A stretch of 64,000 nt of DNA from Escherichia coli (GCF_003334355.1 NZ_QOWP01000014.1), one strand, 5' to 3'; shown: positions 29,329 through 47,808, numbered from the stretch's first letter. Notes: a model not told the origin generated them from the letters alone. A program made the numbers and translations.

Positions 29329-30273
29329 TTAGCGTTTGCAAATTGAGACTAATTGCTCTTCCATCCACTGATGGCCTTTATCGCGCCCGGCAGCTTCATG
29401 CCAGGAGAGATAACAGGTTCTGCTGTTTTGTTTTAACGGCAGCGGTAATACCTGTAATTCTAAGGATTCAGCGAACTCTTCAGCCAGCCAACGCGGCGCA
29501 ATAGCGACCAAATGCGTTTGCGACACCACGCTAAGTACGCTCATCATTGCCATGCCCTGATACGCGATACTGGCTTGCTTATCTACCGTGTCATACCAAG
29601 GTTGACTAAATGACGCGAAACGATCGAGCGAAACCGCCGCATGTTGTTCGTTATAAACATCATGTTTCAGTAACGGGCCCTTAATTGTTGGATGATTTTT
29701 GCTGGCTACCAGCACCATTTCATCTTTAAATAATGGTACGCTGGTAAATTCAGGACGATGGAAGTCTTCATAACTAATCACAAACTCCGTTTCCTGATAA
29801 CGCAGCTGATGTTCAGTGTTCTGATTTAATGAAGACTTGAACATAACATGTATATTTGGCGCAATCTGCTCAATGTGATTATAAATCTGCGAGGTCAGAA
29901 TGCTGTCTAACGGGCTGCAAACACAAAGATGAAATACACGTTCACTGCTCGCGGGTTCAAAACCTGAACCAGGCAATTCATTTTGTACTAGTTGCAATGC
30001 CTGACGAACTGAACCAAAAAGTTGAAATGCGCGAGCAGTCGGTTGAATACCACGGCCATAACGAACAAAAAGCTCGTCATTAAACATCACCTTCAGGCGT
30101 GCAACAGCGTTACTGACCGCAGGTTGCGACATTCCCAGAACATGAGCGGCACGAGTAATGTTTTGCTCCTGCATCACGGCATCGAAAACGGTTAATAAGT
30201 TGAGATCGACCATGCGTAGCTGTGGCTTGCTTAACTCCGCCGTCTCTGGATGATCTGTTTGTACCTCTGGCAT
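29329..30273 (-). CDS. leuO: LysR-type transcriptional regulator LeuO
   Basis: 314 aa from [27 protein letters not shown]. Confidence 0.93.
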   Translation of the reverse strand: MPEVQTDHPETAELSKPQLRMVDLNLLTVFDAVMQEQNITRAAHVLGMSQPAVSNAVARLKVMFNDELFVRYGRGIQPTARAFQLFGSVRQALQLVQNELPGSGFEPASSERVFHLCVCSPLDSILTSQIYNHIEQIAPNIHVMFKSSLNQNTEHQLRYQETEFVISYEDFHRPEFTSVPLFKDEMVLVASKNHPTIKGPLLKHDVYNEQHAAVSLDRFASFSQPWYDTVDKQASIAYQGMAMMSVLSVVSQTHLVAIAPRWLAEEFAESLELQVLPLPLKQNSRTCYLSWHEAAGRDKGHQWMEEQLVSICKR

Positions 30274-30932
30274 ACTTAACTCCACTGTCACACTTAACTC
30301 CCTTTCCCTTATTGGAATGCAGAGAAATAATCCTCGAGAATATGATTTATCATGCATATAAAATAAGAAAAAGGAAAATGAGTAAAATTAGGAAAACATA
30401 AAGATACGGGTTCTGATAAAAACAGAATCCATTGCCGTGGAATGAGTCATTTACCACAGCATAATAATCCATAATGTTTTTGTTGCGAAAACAATCTAAT
30501 CATAACTACCGCGAATACTCAATCATCTACAAAATGGATTAAATGTGCTTATTTAATAATTAATTTATATATTTAATGCATTAATTCTTAACATTAATTG
30601 ATCAATAATATTCACCAAATCAATATCAAAAAAAATCGCAAAACATATAATTCAATACAAATCATCAGGATAGGTTTTGCAACGCGTGCATTTTGTCCCC
30701 TTTTTCCTCGTTGATTAGATGCAAAAATTTATGCTGAAATATGTCAACCGATGAAAAGCGTCGGTAGTTAAGCAGAAATTAATATCGCTTACTTTAACCA
30801 CCGCAGCACAATTAGCTAATTTTACGGATGCAGAACTCACGCTGGCGGGACGTTTTTATTGCGTCAGGGTTGACATCCGTTTTTGTATCCAGTAACTCTA
30901 AAAGCATATCGCATTCATCTGGAGCTGATTTA

Positions 30933-31019
30933 ATGACTCACATCGTTCGCTTTATCGGTCTACTACTACTAAACGCATCTTCTTTGCGCGGTAGACGAGT
31001 GAGCGGCATCCAGCATTAA
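30933..31019 (+). CDS. leuL: leu operon leader peptide
   Basis: 28-aa [28 protein letters not shown] with four consecutive CUA Leu codons. Confidence 0.9.
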
Positions 31020-31043
31020 GCCAGCACGCAGTCAAACAAAAAA

Positions 31044-31068
31044 CCCGCGCCATTGCGCGGGTTTTTTT
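31044..31068 (+). terminator. leu attenuator terminator
   Basis: Hairpin cccgcgc/gcgcggg followed by T7, between leuL and leuA. Confidence 0.85.
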
Positions 31069-31111
31069 ATGCCCGAAGCGAGGCGCTCTAAAAGAGACAA
31101 GGACCCAAACC

Positions 31112-33774
<2,663 letters not shown>

Positions 33775-33776
33775 TC

Positions 33777-35793
<2,017 letters not shown>

Positions 35794-35800
35794 TCCCCTT

Positions 35801-35825
35801 GCCCGGTCAAATGACCGGGCTTTCC
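35801..35825. terminator. Bidirectional terminator hairpin between convergent leuD and setA
   Basis: gcccggtc aaat gaccgggc followed by ttt. Confidence 0.65.
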
Positions 35826-35841
35826 GCTATCGTCCACGTCA

Positions 35842-37020
35842 TCAAATGTCTTTAACCTTTGCGGTTAAAAATAATGCGACAACAGAAATAACCGCAATTA
35901 TCCAGTAGACAGCAAAGTGCCCCCAACTTTGTGCAATTGCTCCCTGAATAACGCCAGCCAGAATTACCCCGGTAGAAATACTGTTAGTAAATAAGGTGGT
36001 AGCTGCCCCCGCTCTTCCAGGCATTAAATCCTGAAACCATAGCATCCCAATACCCGCAACAATGCCGATAAATACAGCGTTAAAAAGTTGCAGCGTCATC
36101 AACGCCAGACGGCTATGAAATAAAATCAATCCGGTGTAAAACAGTACTCCTGCCGCCACTGCTATGACCATCATTCGCCGCTTACCATAACGTTTGACAT
36201 AGTAGCCAGCCAGAATCATTGCTGGTATTTCCAGTCCAGCTGCCGTCCCCATCAGGAAACCCGCCAGTTTGTCTGGCAATCCTAACTCGCTACTGATCCA
36301 CAACGGCATATCAATAATGTACATGGTGTTGCAGGTCCACATTAACGTCGAGGCGACAAATAACATCCGTACGTTACTATCCTGCCAGCCACCTTGCATT
36401 GATAAAGCATTTTCCGACGGCAGTTCTACCCGCGCCACAGACGGAAGCATAAATGCAATCAATACCAGACTGAGTGTGAATATCCCGGCGGCAATCGAAA
36501 ACATCACCGTAAAGCCGTAATTCAACGCCAGCATAAAGGCCAACGGTGGACCGATAACCCATGCCAGAGAAAGCTGCGCACGCATCACCGAGCTAAACAT
36601 CACCACTTCTCGCGCCGAGTTATCCGCATATTCCCGCGCCAGAGCAAATAACTGTGGCATTGCCGTATTGGCCAGAGATGCCAGAAGCACACCACAGGTG
36701 ATAAGCGTCAGATAATGACGATTAAATGCAAACAATAGCGCATTGCCGATAGCCATCAAACAGCAAAATATAATCAGTTTTCGCCGATCGCCCTGACTGT
36801 CAGAACGTTTTGCCAACCAGAGGCTTACGCCGATCCCAGCAATAGCATTCACCGTATAAAAGAGTCCGATCCAGAAAGGTTGCGCGCCAACCTCACGACT
36901 CAGAAATAAGCTCAATGTAGGAGCCTGTAGCGCCCCGGCCACCCCCATCATAAAAGCGACCAGCATAAATGCCGCGTAAACACCGTTCATACGGCGAGCC
37001 ATCGTCATTATCCAGATCAT
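35842..37020 (-). CDS. setA: Sugar efflux transporter SetA (MFS)
   Basis: 392-aa polytopic membrane protein adjacent to sgrS. Confidence 0.9.
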   Translation of the reverse strand: MIWIMTMARRMNGVYAAFMLVAFMMGVAGALQAPTLSLFLSREVGAQPFWIGLFYTVNAIAGIGVSLWLAKRSDSQGDRRKLIIFCCLMAIGNALLFAFNRHYLTLITCGVLLASLANTAMPQLFALAREYADNSAREVVMFSSVMRAQLSLAWVIGPPLAFMLALNYGFTVMFSIAAGIFTLSLVLIAFMLPSVARVELPSENALSMQGGWQDSNVRMLFVASTLMWTCNTMYIIDMPLWISSELGLPDKLAGFLMGTAAGLEIPAMILAGYYVKRYGKRRMMVIAVAAGVLFYTGLILFHSRLALMTLQLFNAVFIGIVAGIGMLWFQDLMPGRAGAATTLFTNSISTGVILAGVIQGAIAQSWGHFAVYWIIAVISVVALFLTAKVKDI

Positions 37021-37047
37021 ACGTTCCCTTTTTAGCGCGGCGAGAAT

Positions 37048-37274
37048 AAAAAAAACCAGCAGGTATAATCTGCTGGCGGGTGATTTTACACCAATACTCA
37101 GTCACACATGATGCAGGCAAGTCAACTTTCAGAATTGCGGTCATCCCACTGCATCAGTCCTTCAAGCATGGTTAATCGTTGTGGGACGCTTAACCAACGC
37201 AACCAGCACAACTTCGCTGTCGCGGTAAAATAGTGCTGATAAAACTGACGCATGGGGCACCTCCTTGCTTCATC
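37048..37274 (-). ncRNA. sgrS: SgrS small RNA (glucose-phosphate stress), dual-function, with intrinsic terminator at its 3' end
   Basis: About 227 nt, divergent from sgrR; contains the sgrT ORF; 3' hairpin ccagcagattatacctgctgg followed by U8. Confidence 0.85.
37122..37253 (-). CDS. sgrT: SgrT small protein (glucose uptake inhibitor) encoded within SgrS
   Basis: 43 aa MRQFYQHYFTATAKLCWLRWLSVPQRLTMLEGLMQWDDRNSES. Confidence 0.85.
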   Translation of the reverse strand: MRQFYQHYFTATAKLCWLRWLSVPQRLTMLEGLMQWDDRNSES

Positions 37275-37341
37275 GTTAGGAATTATTGACTTAATATAGG
37301 GAAAATAAAATTGCTGTCTTTTGCGCAGGAGTTCCCCTTTT

Positions 37342-38997
37342 ATGCCATCTGCTCGTCTGCAACAACAGTTCATCCGCCTGTGGCAATGCTGCGAGGGTAA
37401 ATCGCAGGACACAACGCTCAACGAACTGGCAGCGTTATTGAGCTGCTCGCGTCGTCATATGCGTACCCTGCTCAACACCATGCAGGATCGCGGCTGGCTG
37501 ACGTGGGAAGCGGAAGTCGGGCGCGGTAAACGCTCGCGTCTGACATTCCTCTATACCGGGCTGGCGCTTCAGCAACAGCGGGCGGAAGACCTGCTGGAGC
37601 AGGATCGTATCGACCAACTAGTACAGTTGGTTGGCGACAAAGCGACTGTGCGGCAAATGCTGGTTTCTCATCTGGGCCGCAGCTTCCGCCAGGGGCGGCA
37701 CATCCTGCGCGTGCTCTACTATCGTCCGTTGCGTAATCTGCTACCTGGCAGCGCATTGCGCCGTTCCGAAACCCATATTGCCCGGCAAATCTTCAGTTCG
37801 CTAACGCGCATAAATGAGGAAAATGGGGAACTGGAAGCAGACATCGCCCACCACTGGCAGCAAATATCACCGCTTCACTGGCGTTTCTTTTTGCGTCCAG
37901 GAGTCCATTTTCATCATGGTCGTGAACTGGAAATGGACGACGTGATCGCCTCTTTAAAACGAATCAATACGCTGCCGCTCTATTCGCATATTGCTGACAT
38001 TGTGTCGCCGACGCCCTGGACGCTGGATATCCATCTCACGCAACCGGACCGCTGGTTACCGTTATTGCTGGGGCAAGTTCCGGCGATGATCCTGCCGCGC
38101 GAATGGGAAACCCTCAGTAACTTTGCCAGCCATCCCATCGGCACCGGTCCGTATGCGGTGATCCGCAACAGCACCAATCAACTGAAAATTCAGGCATTCG
38201 ATGACTTCTTCGGTTACCGGGCATTAATCGACGAAGTTAACGTCTGGGTTCTGCCGGAAATTGCCGACGAGCCAGCCGGAGGTCTGATGCTAAAAGGTCC
38301 ACAGGGCGAGGAAAAAGAGATTGAAAGCCGCCTGGAGGAAGGTTGCTACTATTTACTATTCGACAGCCGCACCCATCGCGGGGCGAATCAGCAAGTCAGG
38401 GACTGGGTAAGCTATGTGCTTTCTCCAACTAATCTGGTCTATTTCGCTGAGGAACAGTACCAGCAACTGTGGTTCCCGGCTTATGGACTGCTCCCCCGTT
38501 GGCACCATGCCCGCACCATAAAGAGCGAAAAACCGGCTGGTCTGGAAAGCCTCACCCTAACCTTTTATCAGGATCACAGTGAGCATCGGGTGATTGCCGG
38601 GATCATGCAGCAGATTCTGGCAAGTCACCAGGTCACGCTGGAAATCAAAGAGATCGACTACGATCAGTGGCATACAGGAGAGATCGAAAGTGATATCTGG
38701 CTAAACAGCGCCAACTTTACCCTGCCGCTGGACTTCTCTGTTTTCGCACATTTATGCGAAGTGCCACTGCTACAACATTGCATTCCCATTGACTGGCAAG
38801 CCGACGCTGCTCGCTGGCGCAATGGCGAGATGAATCTGGCGAACTGGTGCCAGCAACTGGTCGCCAGCAAAGCGATGGTGCCATTATTGCACCACTGGCT
38901 GATCATTCAGGGGCAACGCAGTATGCGCGGCCTGCGCATGAACACCCTCGGCTGGTTCGATTTTAAATCAGCGTGGTTTGCGCCACCGGATCCATGA
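37342..38997 (+). CDS. sgrR: Transcriptional regulator SgrR
   Basis: 551 aa from [15 protein letters not shown]; N-terminal HTH and solute-binding-like domain. Confidence 0.93.
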   Translation: MPSARLQQQFIRLWQCCEGKSQDTTLNELAALLSCSRRHMRTLLNTMQDRGWLTWEAEVGRGKRSRLTFLYTGLALQQQRAEDLLEQDRIDQLVQLVGDKATVRQMLVSHLGRSFRQGRHILRVLYYRPLRNLLPGSALRRSETHIARQIFSSLTRINEENGELEADIAHHWQQISPLHWRFFLRPGVHFHHGRELEMDDVIASLKRINTLPLYSHIADIVSPTPWTLDIHLTQPDRWLPLLLGQVPAMILPREWETLSNFASHPIGTGPYAVIRNSTNQLKIQAFDDFFGYRALIDEVNVWVLPEIADEPAGGLMLKGPQGEEKEIESRLEEGCYYLLFDSRTHRGANQQVRDWVSYVLSPTNLVYFAEEQYQQLWFPAYGLLPRWHHARTIKSEKPAGLESLTLTFYQDHSEHRVIAGIMQQILASHQVTLEIKEIDYDQWHTGEIESDIWLNSANFTLPLDFSVFAHLCEVPLLQHCIPIDWQADAARWRNGEMNLANWCQQLVASKAMVPLLHHWLIIQGQRSMRGLRMNTLGWFDFKSAWFAPPDP

Positions 38998-39029
38998 TTG
39001 CTGGTTGATAACAAAATCACTACACTAAC

Positions 39030-39125
39030 GCCGTTCTCAACGGGGTGCCACGCAAACGCGTGCGCTGAGAAAATACCCGTCGAACCTGATCCGGATAACG
39101 CCGGCGAAGGGATTTGAGGCTCCTT
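39030..39125 (+). promoter_or_regulatory. sroA: TPP (THI-box) riboswitch in the thiBPQ leader (sroA)
   Basis: Conserved elements ggggtgcc, ctgaga and aacctgatccggataacgccggcgaaggga directly upstream of thiB. Confidence 0.85.
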
Positions 39126-39160
39126 CTCAAGTCCTTTGCCACTCTTTTTTGAGGTGCAAA

Positions 39161-40144
39161 GTGTTAAAAAAATGTCTGCCCCTGCTGTTGCTGTGCACAG
39201 CGCCCGTTTTCGCTAAACCCGTTCTGACTGTTTATACCTACGATTCCTTCGCCGCCGACTGGGGGCCTGGTCCGGTGGTTAAAAAAGCCTTTGAAGCCGA
39301 CTGTAATTGCGAACTGAAACTGGTGGCGCTGGAAGATGGCGTTTCGCTTCTCAACCGTCTACGGATGGAAGGCAAAAACAGCAAAGCCGATGTAGTTCTG
39401 GGGCTGGATAACAACCTGTTAGACGCCGCCAGTAAAACCGGACTGTTTGCCAAAAGCGGCGTGGCAGCGGATGCCATTAACGTTCCCGGCGGCTGGAATA
39501 ATGACACTTTCGTACCGTTTGATTACGGCTACTTCGCCTTCGTCTACGACAAGAACAAACTGAAAAACCCGCCCCAAAGCCTGAAAGAGCTGGTTGAGAG
39601 CGATCAAAACTGGCGAGTGATTTATCAGGATCCGCGCACCAGTACGCCGGGGCTGGGTCTGCTGTTGTGGATGCAAAAAGTCTATGGCGATGACACCCCG
39701 CAGGCCTGGCAGAAACTGGCGAAGAAAACTGTCACCGTCACCAAAGGCTGGAGCGAAGCCTACGGCCTGTTTTTAAAAGGTGAAAGCGATCTGGTACTGA
39801 GTTACACCACCTCTCCGGCTTATCACATTCTCGAAGAGAAAAAAGATAACTACGCCGCCGCGAACTTTAGCGAAGGTCACTATCTGCAGGTGGAAGTCGC
39901 CGCCCGCACCGCTGCCAGCAAGCAGCCGGAGCTGGCGCAAAAATTTCTCCAGTTTATGGTTTCTCCGGCTTTCCAGAATGCGATCCCAACCGGCAACTGG
40001 ATGTATCCGGTGGCAAATGTCACGCTGCCTGCCGGGTTTGAACAATTGACCAAACCAGCAACCACGCTGGAGTTCACGCCAGCCGAAGTGGCGGCACAAC
40101 GTCAGGCATGGATTAGCGAATGGCAACGCGCCGTCAGCCGTTAA
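39161..40144 (+). CDS. thiB: Thiamine/TPP ABC transporter periplasmic binding protein
   Basis: 327 aa from GTG 39161 (MLKKCLPLLLLCTAPVFA signal peptide); the track ORF starts at an upstream TTG. Confidence 0.9.
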   Translation: MLKKCLPLLLLCTAPVFAKPVLTVYTYDSFAADWGPGPVVKKAFEADCNCELKLVALEDGVSLLNRLRMEGKNSKADVVLGLDNNLLDAASKTGLFAKSGVAADAINVPGGWNNDTFVPFDYGYFAFVYDKNKLKNPPQSLKELVESDQNWRVIYQDPRTSTPGLGLLLWMQKVYGDDTPQAWQKLAKKTVTVTKGWSEAYGLFLKGESDLVLSYTTSPAYHILEEKKDNYAAANFSEGHYLQVEVAARTAASKQPELAQKFLQFMVSPAFQNAIPTGNWMYPVANVTLPAGFEQLTKPATTLEFTPAEVAAQRQAWISEWQRAVSR

Positions 40145-41730
40145 TTCCCGGCTGGTTAATTCCAGGTGTAAGCGCCGCCACGCTGGTGGTAGCGGTTGCG
40201 CTCGCGGCGTTTCTCGCCCTGTGGTGGAACGCGCCGCAGGGTAACTGGGTGGCAATCTGGCAGGACAGCTACCTGTGGCATGTGGTGCGCTTCTCCTTCT
40301 GGCAGGCGTTTCTCTCGGCGCTGCTCTCTGTCGTACCCGCGATATTCCTCGCCCGCGCACTCTATCGCAGGCGCTTTCCGGGTCGGCTGGCGCTGTTGCG
40401 TCTGTGCGCAATGACCTTGATCCTCCCGGTGCTGGTTGCTGTTTTCGGCATTCTTAGCGTCTATGGTCGTCAGGGCTGGCTGGCATCGCTCTGCCAATCG
40501 CTCGGTCTGGAGTGGACCTTTTCGCCCTACGGCCTGCAAGGTATTTTGCTGGCGCACGTATTTTTTAATCTACCGATGGCGAGCCGCTTATTACTCCAGG
40601 CACTGGAAAACATTCCCGGCGAGCAACGTCAGCTTGCCGCCCAGCTTGGGATGCGCGGCTGGCATTTTTTCCGCTTCATCGAATGGCCGTGGCTACGGCG
40701 ACAAATCCCGCCGGTTGCCGCGCTTATCTTTATGCTCTGTTTCGCCAGCTTCGCCACCGTGCTGTCGCTGGGCGGCGGTCCGCAGGCAACCACTATCGAG
40801 CTGGCAATCTATCAGGCGCTGAGTTACGACTACGATCCTGCCCGCGCGGCGATGCTGGCGCTGATCCAGATGGTGTGTTGCCTCGGGTTGGTGCTGCTGA
40901 GTCAGCGATTGAGTAAGGCCATTGCGCCAGGCACCACGCTGCTGCAAGGCTGGCGCGACCCGGACGATCGTCTGCATAGCCGCATTTGCGACACGGTGTT
41001 AATTGTGCTGGCGCTGCTGCTGTTGCTGCCACCGTTGCTGGCGGTGATCGTCGATGGGCTAAATCGCCAGTTGCCGGAAGTGCTGGCACAACCGGTGCTG
41101 TGGCAGGCGCTGTGGACCTCGTTGCGTATTGCGCTGGCGGCAGGTGTATTGTGCGTAGTGCTGACCATGATGCTGCTATGGAGCAGTCGCGAACTTCGGG
41201 CGCGGCAGAAAATGCTGGCGGGTCAGGCGCTGGAGATGAGCGGCATGTTGATTCTCGCCATGCCGGGGATTGTGCTGGCTACCGGCTTCTTTTTACTGCT
41301 CAACAACACCATTGGCCTGCCGCAATCTGCTGACGGCATTGTGATTTTCACCAATGCGTTAATGGCGATCCCTTATGCGCTGAAAGTACTGGAAAACCCG
41401 ATGCGCGATATCACCGCCCGCTACAGTATGTTGTGTCAGTCGCTGGGCATTGAAGGCTGGTCGCGCTTAAAAGTGGTCGAGCTGCGCGCCCTGAAACGTC
41501 CACTGGCGCAGGCGCTGGCTTTTGCCTGCGTGCTGTCGATTGGTGATTTTGGCGTAGTGGCGTTGTTCGGTAACGATGATTTCCGTACCCTGCCGTTTTA
41601 TCTCTACCAGCAAATTGGCTCCTATCGCAGCCAGGACGGTGCGGTCACCGCGTTAATTCTGCTACTACTCTGTTTTCTGCTGTTTACCGTGATTGAAAAA
41701 CTACCGGGGCGAAATGTTAAAACTGACTGA
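40120..41730 (+). CDS. thiP: Thiamine ABC transporter permease
   Basis: 536-aa double-permease protein; overlaps the thiB 3' end by 25 nt. Confidence 0.93.
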   Translation: MATRRQPLIPGWLIPGVSAATLVVAVALAAFLALWWNAPQGNWVAIWQDSYLWHVVRFSFWQAFLSALLSVVPAIFLARALYRRRFPGRLALLRLCAMTLILPVLVAVFGILSVYGRQGWLASLCQSLGLEWTFSPYGLQGILLAHVFFNLPMASRLLLQALENIPGEQRQLAAQLGMRGWHFFRFIEWPWLRRQIPPVAALIFMLCFASFATVLSLGGGPQATTIELAIYQALSYDYDPARAAMLALIQMVCCLGLVLLSQRLSKAIAPGTTLLQGWRDPDDRLHSRICDTVLIVLALLLLLPPLLAVIVDGLNRQLPEVLAQPVLWQALWTSLRIALAAGVLCVVLTMMLLWSSRELRARQKMLAGQALEMSGMLILAMPGIVLATGFFLLLNNTIGLPQSADGIVIFTNALMAIPYALKVLENPMRDITARYSMLCQSLGIEGWSRLKVVELRALKRPLAQALAFACVLSIGDFGVVALFGNDDFRTLPFYLYQQIGSYRSQDGAVTALILLLLCFLLFTVIEKLPGRNVKTD

Positions 41731-42412
41731 TATCACCTGGCTTTATCACCATTTGCCGATGCGTTTTAGCTTAACGGTAGAACGCGGCGAGCAGGTGGCA
41801 ATCCTCGGGCCAAGCGGCGCGGGTAAAAGTACCCTGCTGAATTTGATCGCCGGTTTTCTGACGCCAGCCAGCGGTTCGCTGACTATCGACGGCGTTGATC
41901 ACACCACGACGCCGCCGTCACGCCGTCCGGTGTCGATGCTGTTTCAGGAAAACAACCTGTTCAGTCACCTGACGGTCGCGCAGAACATCGGGCTGGGGCT
42001 AAATCCGGGATTGAAACTGAACGCGGCACAGCAGGAGAAAATGCACGCTATCGCCCGCCAGATGGGGATTGATAATTTAATGGCGCGGTTACCTGGCGAG
42101 CTTTCCGGCGGTCAGCGACAGCGAGTGGCGTTAGCACGTTGTCTGGTACGCGAACAGCCGATTTTATTGCTCGATGAACCGTTCTCTGCGCTCGATCCGG
42201 CACTACGCCAGGAGATGTTGACGCTGGTGAGCACGAGCTGCCAGCAGCAAAAAATGACGTTATTGATGGTGTCACACAGTGTGGAAGATGCCGCGCGGAT
42301 CGCCACGCGCTCGGTGGTGGTCGCCGACGGGCGCATCGCCTGGCAGGGTAAGACCAATGAGTTGTTGAGCGGTAAGGCGAGTGCTTCAGCACTATTGGGG
42401 ATTACGGGTTAG
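41714..42412 (+). CDS. thiQ: Thiamine ABC transporter ATP-binding protein
   Basis: 232 aa from [11 protein letters not shown]; Walker [10 protein letters not shown] and signature LSGGQRQR. Confidence 0.94.
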   Translation: MLKLTDITWLYHHLPMRFSLTVERGEQVAILGPSGAGKSTLLNLIAGFLTPASGSLTIDGVDHTTTPPSRRPVSMLFQENNLFSHLTVAQNIGLGLNPGLKLNAAQQEKMHAIARQMGIDNLMARLPGELSGGQRQRVALARCLVREQPILLLDEPFSALDPALRQEMLTLVSTSCQQQKMTLLMVSHSVEDAARIATRSVVVADGRIAWQGKTNELLSGKASASALLGITG

Positions 42413-42424
42413 TATGCACTGTCA

Positions 42425-42505
<81 letters not shown>

Positions 42506-42525
42506 AACCCGCACAAGACAATCCC

Positions 42526-43290
42526 CTAAACCCCAACCACTTTACGCAAAATATCGATATACACCGGCATCAACGGGTGGCGAATTAACACCACCAGCGC
42601 CACCACGCCGATGGCAGAAATCAACGGCGTCAGCCACAACAAACGGCCGCGCGACAAATAATGACTTAAACGATCGGTTGCTTTACCGCTGCGCCATAAC
42701 CGCCAGCACAGCCAGCCACCAACCCACAAAAATACCGCCGTCGCCAGCAGCAACCATTTAAACTCGCCGCTCTGCATTCCGGCTGGAATATCGATCGCCG
42801 CGCCCGCCAGAATCCCAGGCAGGAAGTAAAACGGTGGCCACAGCAGGCAGCCGATAATATTCGGCGTAATGAATTTTGCCACCGGCAGATCCAGCATTCC
42901 CGCCACCATTGGCACCAGCGGACGCGTCGGGCCAACAAAGCGACCGACCAGAATGGTGAACATGCTGTGTTGATGCAACGCATGTTCAGTTTTATCGAGT
43001 AATGCTTTGTTTTTCTTCAGAAATGACCAGCGATGCAACGGCTTTTTAAAACGCCAGCCCAGCCAGAAGGAGATCCAGTCGCCCAGCAGACAACCGACAA
43101 TCCCTGCCAGCCAGGCGTGCCAGAAACTTAACTCGCCGCTGCCAATCAGCGCTCCCAGCCCCGCCATCAGCACCGTACCGGGTAGAATCAAACCGACCAG
43201 CGCCAGCGACTCCAGAAAGGCCACCAACACCACCGCCATCAATGAATACACGGTAGATTGGGTAATAAAGTGTTCCAGCAATGCTTGCAT
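42526..43290 (-). CDS. yabI: DedA-family inner membrane protein YabI
   Basis: 254-aa membrane protein; synteny between thiQ and araC. Confidence 0.85.
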   Translation of the reverse strand: MQALLEHFITQSTVYSLMAVVLVAFLESLALVGLILPGTVLMAGLGALIGSGELSFWHAWLAGIVGCLLGDWISFWLGWRFKKPLHRWSFLKKNKALLDKTEHALHQHSMFTILVGRFVGPTRPLVPMVAGMLDLPVAKFITPNIIGCLLWPPFYFLPGILAGAAIDIPAGMQSGEFKWLLLATAVFLWVGGWLCWRLWRSGKATDRLSHYLSRGRLLWLTPLISAIGVVALVVLIRHPLMPVYIDILRKVVGV

Positions 43291-43375
43291 AATGTGCCTG
43301 TCAAATGGACGAAGCAGGGATTCTGCAAACCCTATGCTACTCCGTCAAGCCGTCAATTGTCTGATTCGTTACCAA

Positions 43376-44254
43376 TTATGACAACTTGACGGCTACATCA
43401 TTCACTTTTTCTTCACAACCGGCACGGAACTCGCTCGGGCTGGCCCCGGTGCATTTTTTAAATACCCGCGAGAAATAGAGTTGATCGTCAAAACCAACAT
43501 TGCGACCGACGGTGGCGATAGGCATCCGGGTGGTGCTCAAAAGCAGCTTCGCCTGGCTGATACGTTGGTCCTCGCGCCAGCTTAAGACGCTAATCCCTAA
43601 CTGCTGGCGGAAAAGATGTGACAGACGCGACGGCGACAAGCAAACATGCTGTGCGACGCTGGCGATATCAAAATTGCTGTCTGCCAGGTGATCGCTGATG
43701 TACTGACAAGCCTCGCGTACCCGATTATCCATCGGTGGATGGAGCGACTCGTTAATCGCTTCCATGCGCCGCAGTAACAATTGCTCAAGCAGATTTATCG
43801 CCAGCAGCTCCGAATAGCGCCCTTCCCCTTGCCCGGCGTTAATGATTTGCCCAAACAGGTCGCTGAAATGCGGCTGGTGCGCTTCATCCGGGCGAAAGAA
43901 CCCCGTATTGGCAAATATTGACGGCCAGTTAAGCCATTCATGCCAGTAGGCGCGCGGACGAAAGTAAACCCACTGGTGATACCATTCGCGAGCCTCCGGA
44001 TGACGACCGTAGTGATGAATCTCTCCTGGCGGGAACAGCAAAATATCACCCGGTCGGCAAACAAATTCTCGTCCCTGATTTTTCACCACCCCCTGACCGC
44101 GAATGGTGAGATTGAGAATATAACCTTTCATTCCCAGCGGTCGGTCGATAAAAAAATCGAGATAACCGTTGGCCTCAATCGGCGTTAAACCCGCCACCAG
44201 ATGGGCATTAAACGAGTATCCCGGCAGCAGGGGATCATTTTGCGCTTCAGCCAT
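43376..44254 (-). CDS. araC: Arabinose operon regulator AraC
   Basis: 292 aa from [35 protein letters not shown]; track ORF over-extended by 17 codons. Confidence 0.96.
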
Positions 44255-44274
44255 ACTTTTCATACTCCCGCCAT

Positions 44275-44300
44275 TCAGAGAAGAAACCAATTGTCCATAT
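44275..44300. promoter_or_regulatory. Probable araO2 half-site in the araC leader (approximate)
   Basis: Lies about 280 bp upstream of the inferred PBAD start; assignment by position and recollection, not an exact motif match. Confidence 0.4.
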
Positions 44301-44493
44301 TGCATCAGACATTGCCGTCACTGCGTCTTTTACTGGCTCTTCTCGCTAACCAAACCGGTAACCCCGCTTATTAAAAGCATTCTGTAACAAAGCGGGACCA
44401 AAGCCATGACAAAAACGCGTAACAAAAGTGTCTATAATCACGGCAGAAAAGTCCACATTGATTATTTGCACGGCGTCACACTTTGCTATGCCA

Positions 44494-46293
<1,800 letters not shown>

Positions 46294-46303
46294 GGACACG
46301 ATA

Positions 46304-47806
46304 ATGACGATTTTTGATAATTATGAAGTGTGGTTTGTCATTGGCAGCCAGCATCTGTATGGCCCGGAAACCCTGCGTCAGGTCACCCAACATGCCGAGC
46401 ACGTTGTTAATGCGCTGAATACGGAAGCGAAACTGCCCTGCAAACTGGTGTTGAAACCGCTGGGCACCACGCCGGATGAAATCACCGCTATTTGCCGCGA
46501 CGCGAATTACGACGATCGTTGCGCTGGTCTGGTGGTGTGGCTGCACACCTTCTCCCCGGCCAAAATGTGGATCAACGGCCTGACCATGCTCAACAAACCG
46601 TTGCTGCAATTCCACACCCAGTTCAACGCGGCGCTGCCGTGGGACAGTATCGATATGGACTTTATGAACCTGAACCAGACTGCACATGGCGGTCGCGAGT
46701 TCGGCTTCATTGGCGCGCGTATGCGTCAGCAACATGCCGTCGTTACCGGTCACTGGCAGGATAAACAAGCCCATGAGCGTATCGGCTCCTGGATGCGTCA
46801 GGCGGTTTCTAAACAGGATACCCGTCATCTGAAAGTCTGCCGTTTTGGCGATAACATGCGTGAAGTGGCGGTCACCGATGGTGATAAAGTTGCCGCACAG
46901 ATCAAGTTCGGTTTCTCCGTCAATACCTGGGCGGTTGGCGATCTGGTGCAGGTGGTGAACTCCATCAGCGACGGCGATGTTAACGCGCTGGTCGATGAGT
47001 ACGAAAGCTGCTACACCATGACGCCTGCAACACAAATCCACGGCGAAAAACGACAGAACGTGCTGGAAGCGGCGCGTATTGAGCTGGGGATGAAGCGTTT
47101 CCTGGAACAAGGTGGCTTCCACGCGTTCACCACCACCTTTGAAGATTTGCACGGTCTGAAACAGCTTCCAGGTCTGGCCGTACAGCGTCTGATGCAGCAG
47201 GGTTACGGCTTTGCGGGCGAAGGCGACTGGAAAACCGCCGCCCTGCTTCGCATCATGAAGGTGATGTCAACCGGTCTGCAGGGCGGCACCTCCTTTATGG
47301 AGGACTACACCTATCACTTCGAGAAAGGTAATGACCTGGTGCTCGGCTCCCATATGCTGGAAGTCTGCCCGTCGATTGCCGTAGAAGAGAAACCGATCCT
47401 CGACGTTCAGCATCTCGGTATTGGTGGTAAGGACGATCCTGCCCGACTGATCTTCAATACCCAAACCGGTCCAGCGATTGTCGCCAGCCTGATTGATCTC
47501 GGCGATCGTTACCGTCTGCTGGTTAACTGTATCGACACGGTGAAAACACCGCACTCCCTGCCGAAACTGCCGGTGGCGAATGCGCTGTGGAAAGCGCAAC
47601 CGGATCTGCCAACTGCTTCCGAAGCGTGGATCCTCGCTGGTGGCGCGCACCATACCGTCTTCAGCCATGCGCTGAACCTCAACGATATGCGCCAGTTCGC
47701 CGAGATGCACGACATTGAAATCACGGTGATTGATAACGACACCCGCCTGCCAGCGTTTAAAGACGCACTGCGCTGGAACGAAGTGTATTACGGATTTCGT
47801 CGCTAA
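46304..47806 (+). CDS. araA: L-arabinose isomerase
   Basis: 500 aa from [20 protein letters not shown]. Confidence 0.97.
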
Positions 47807-47808
47807 GT

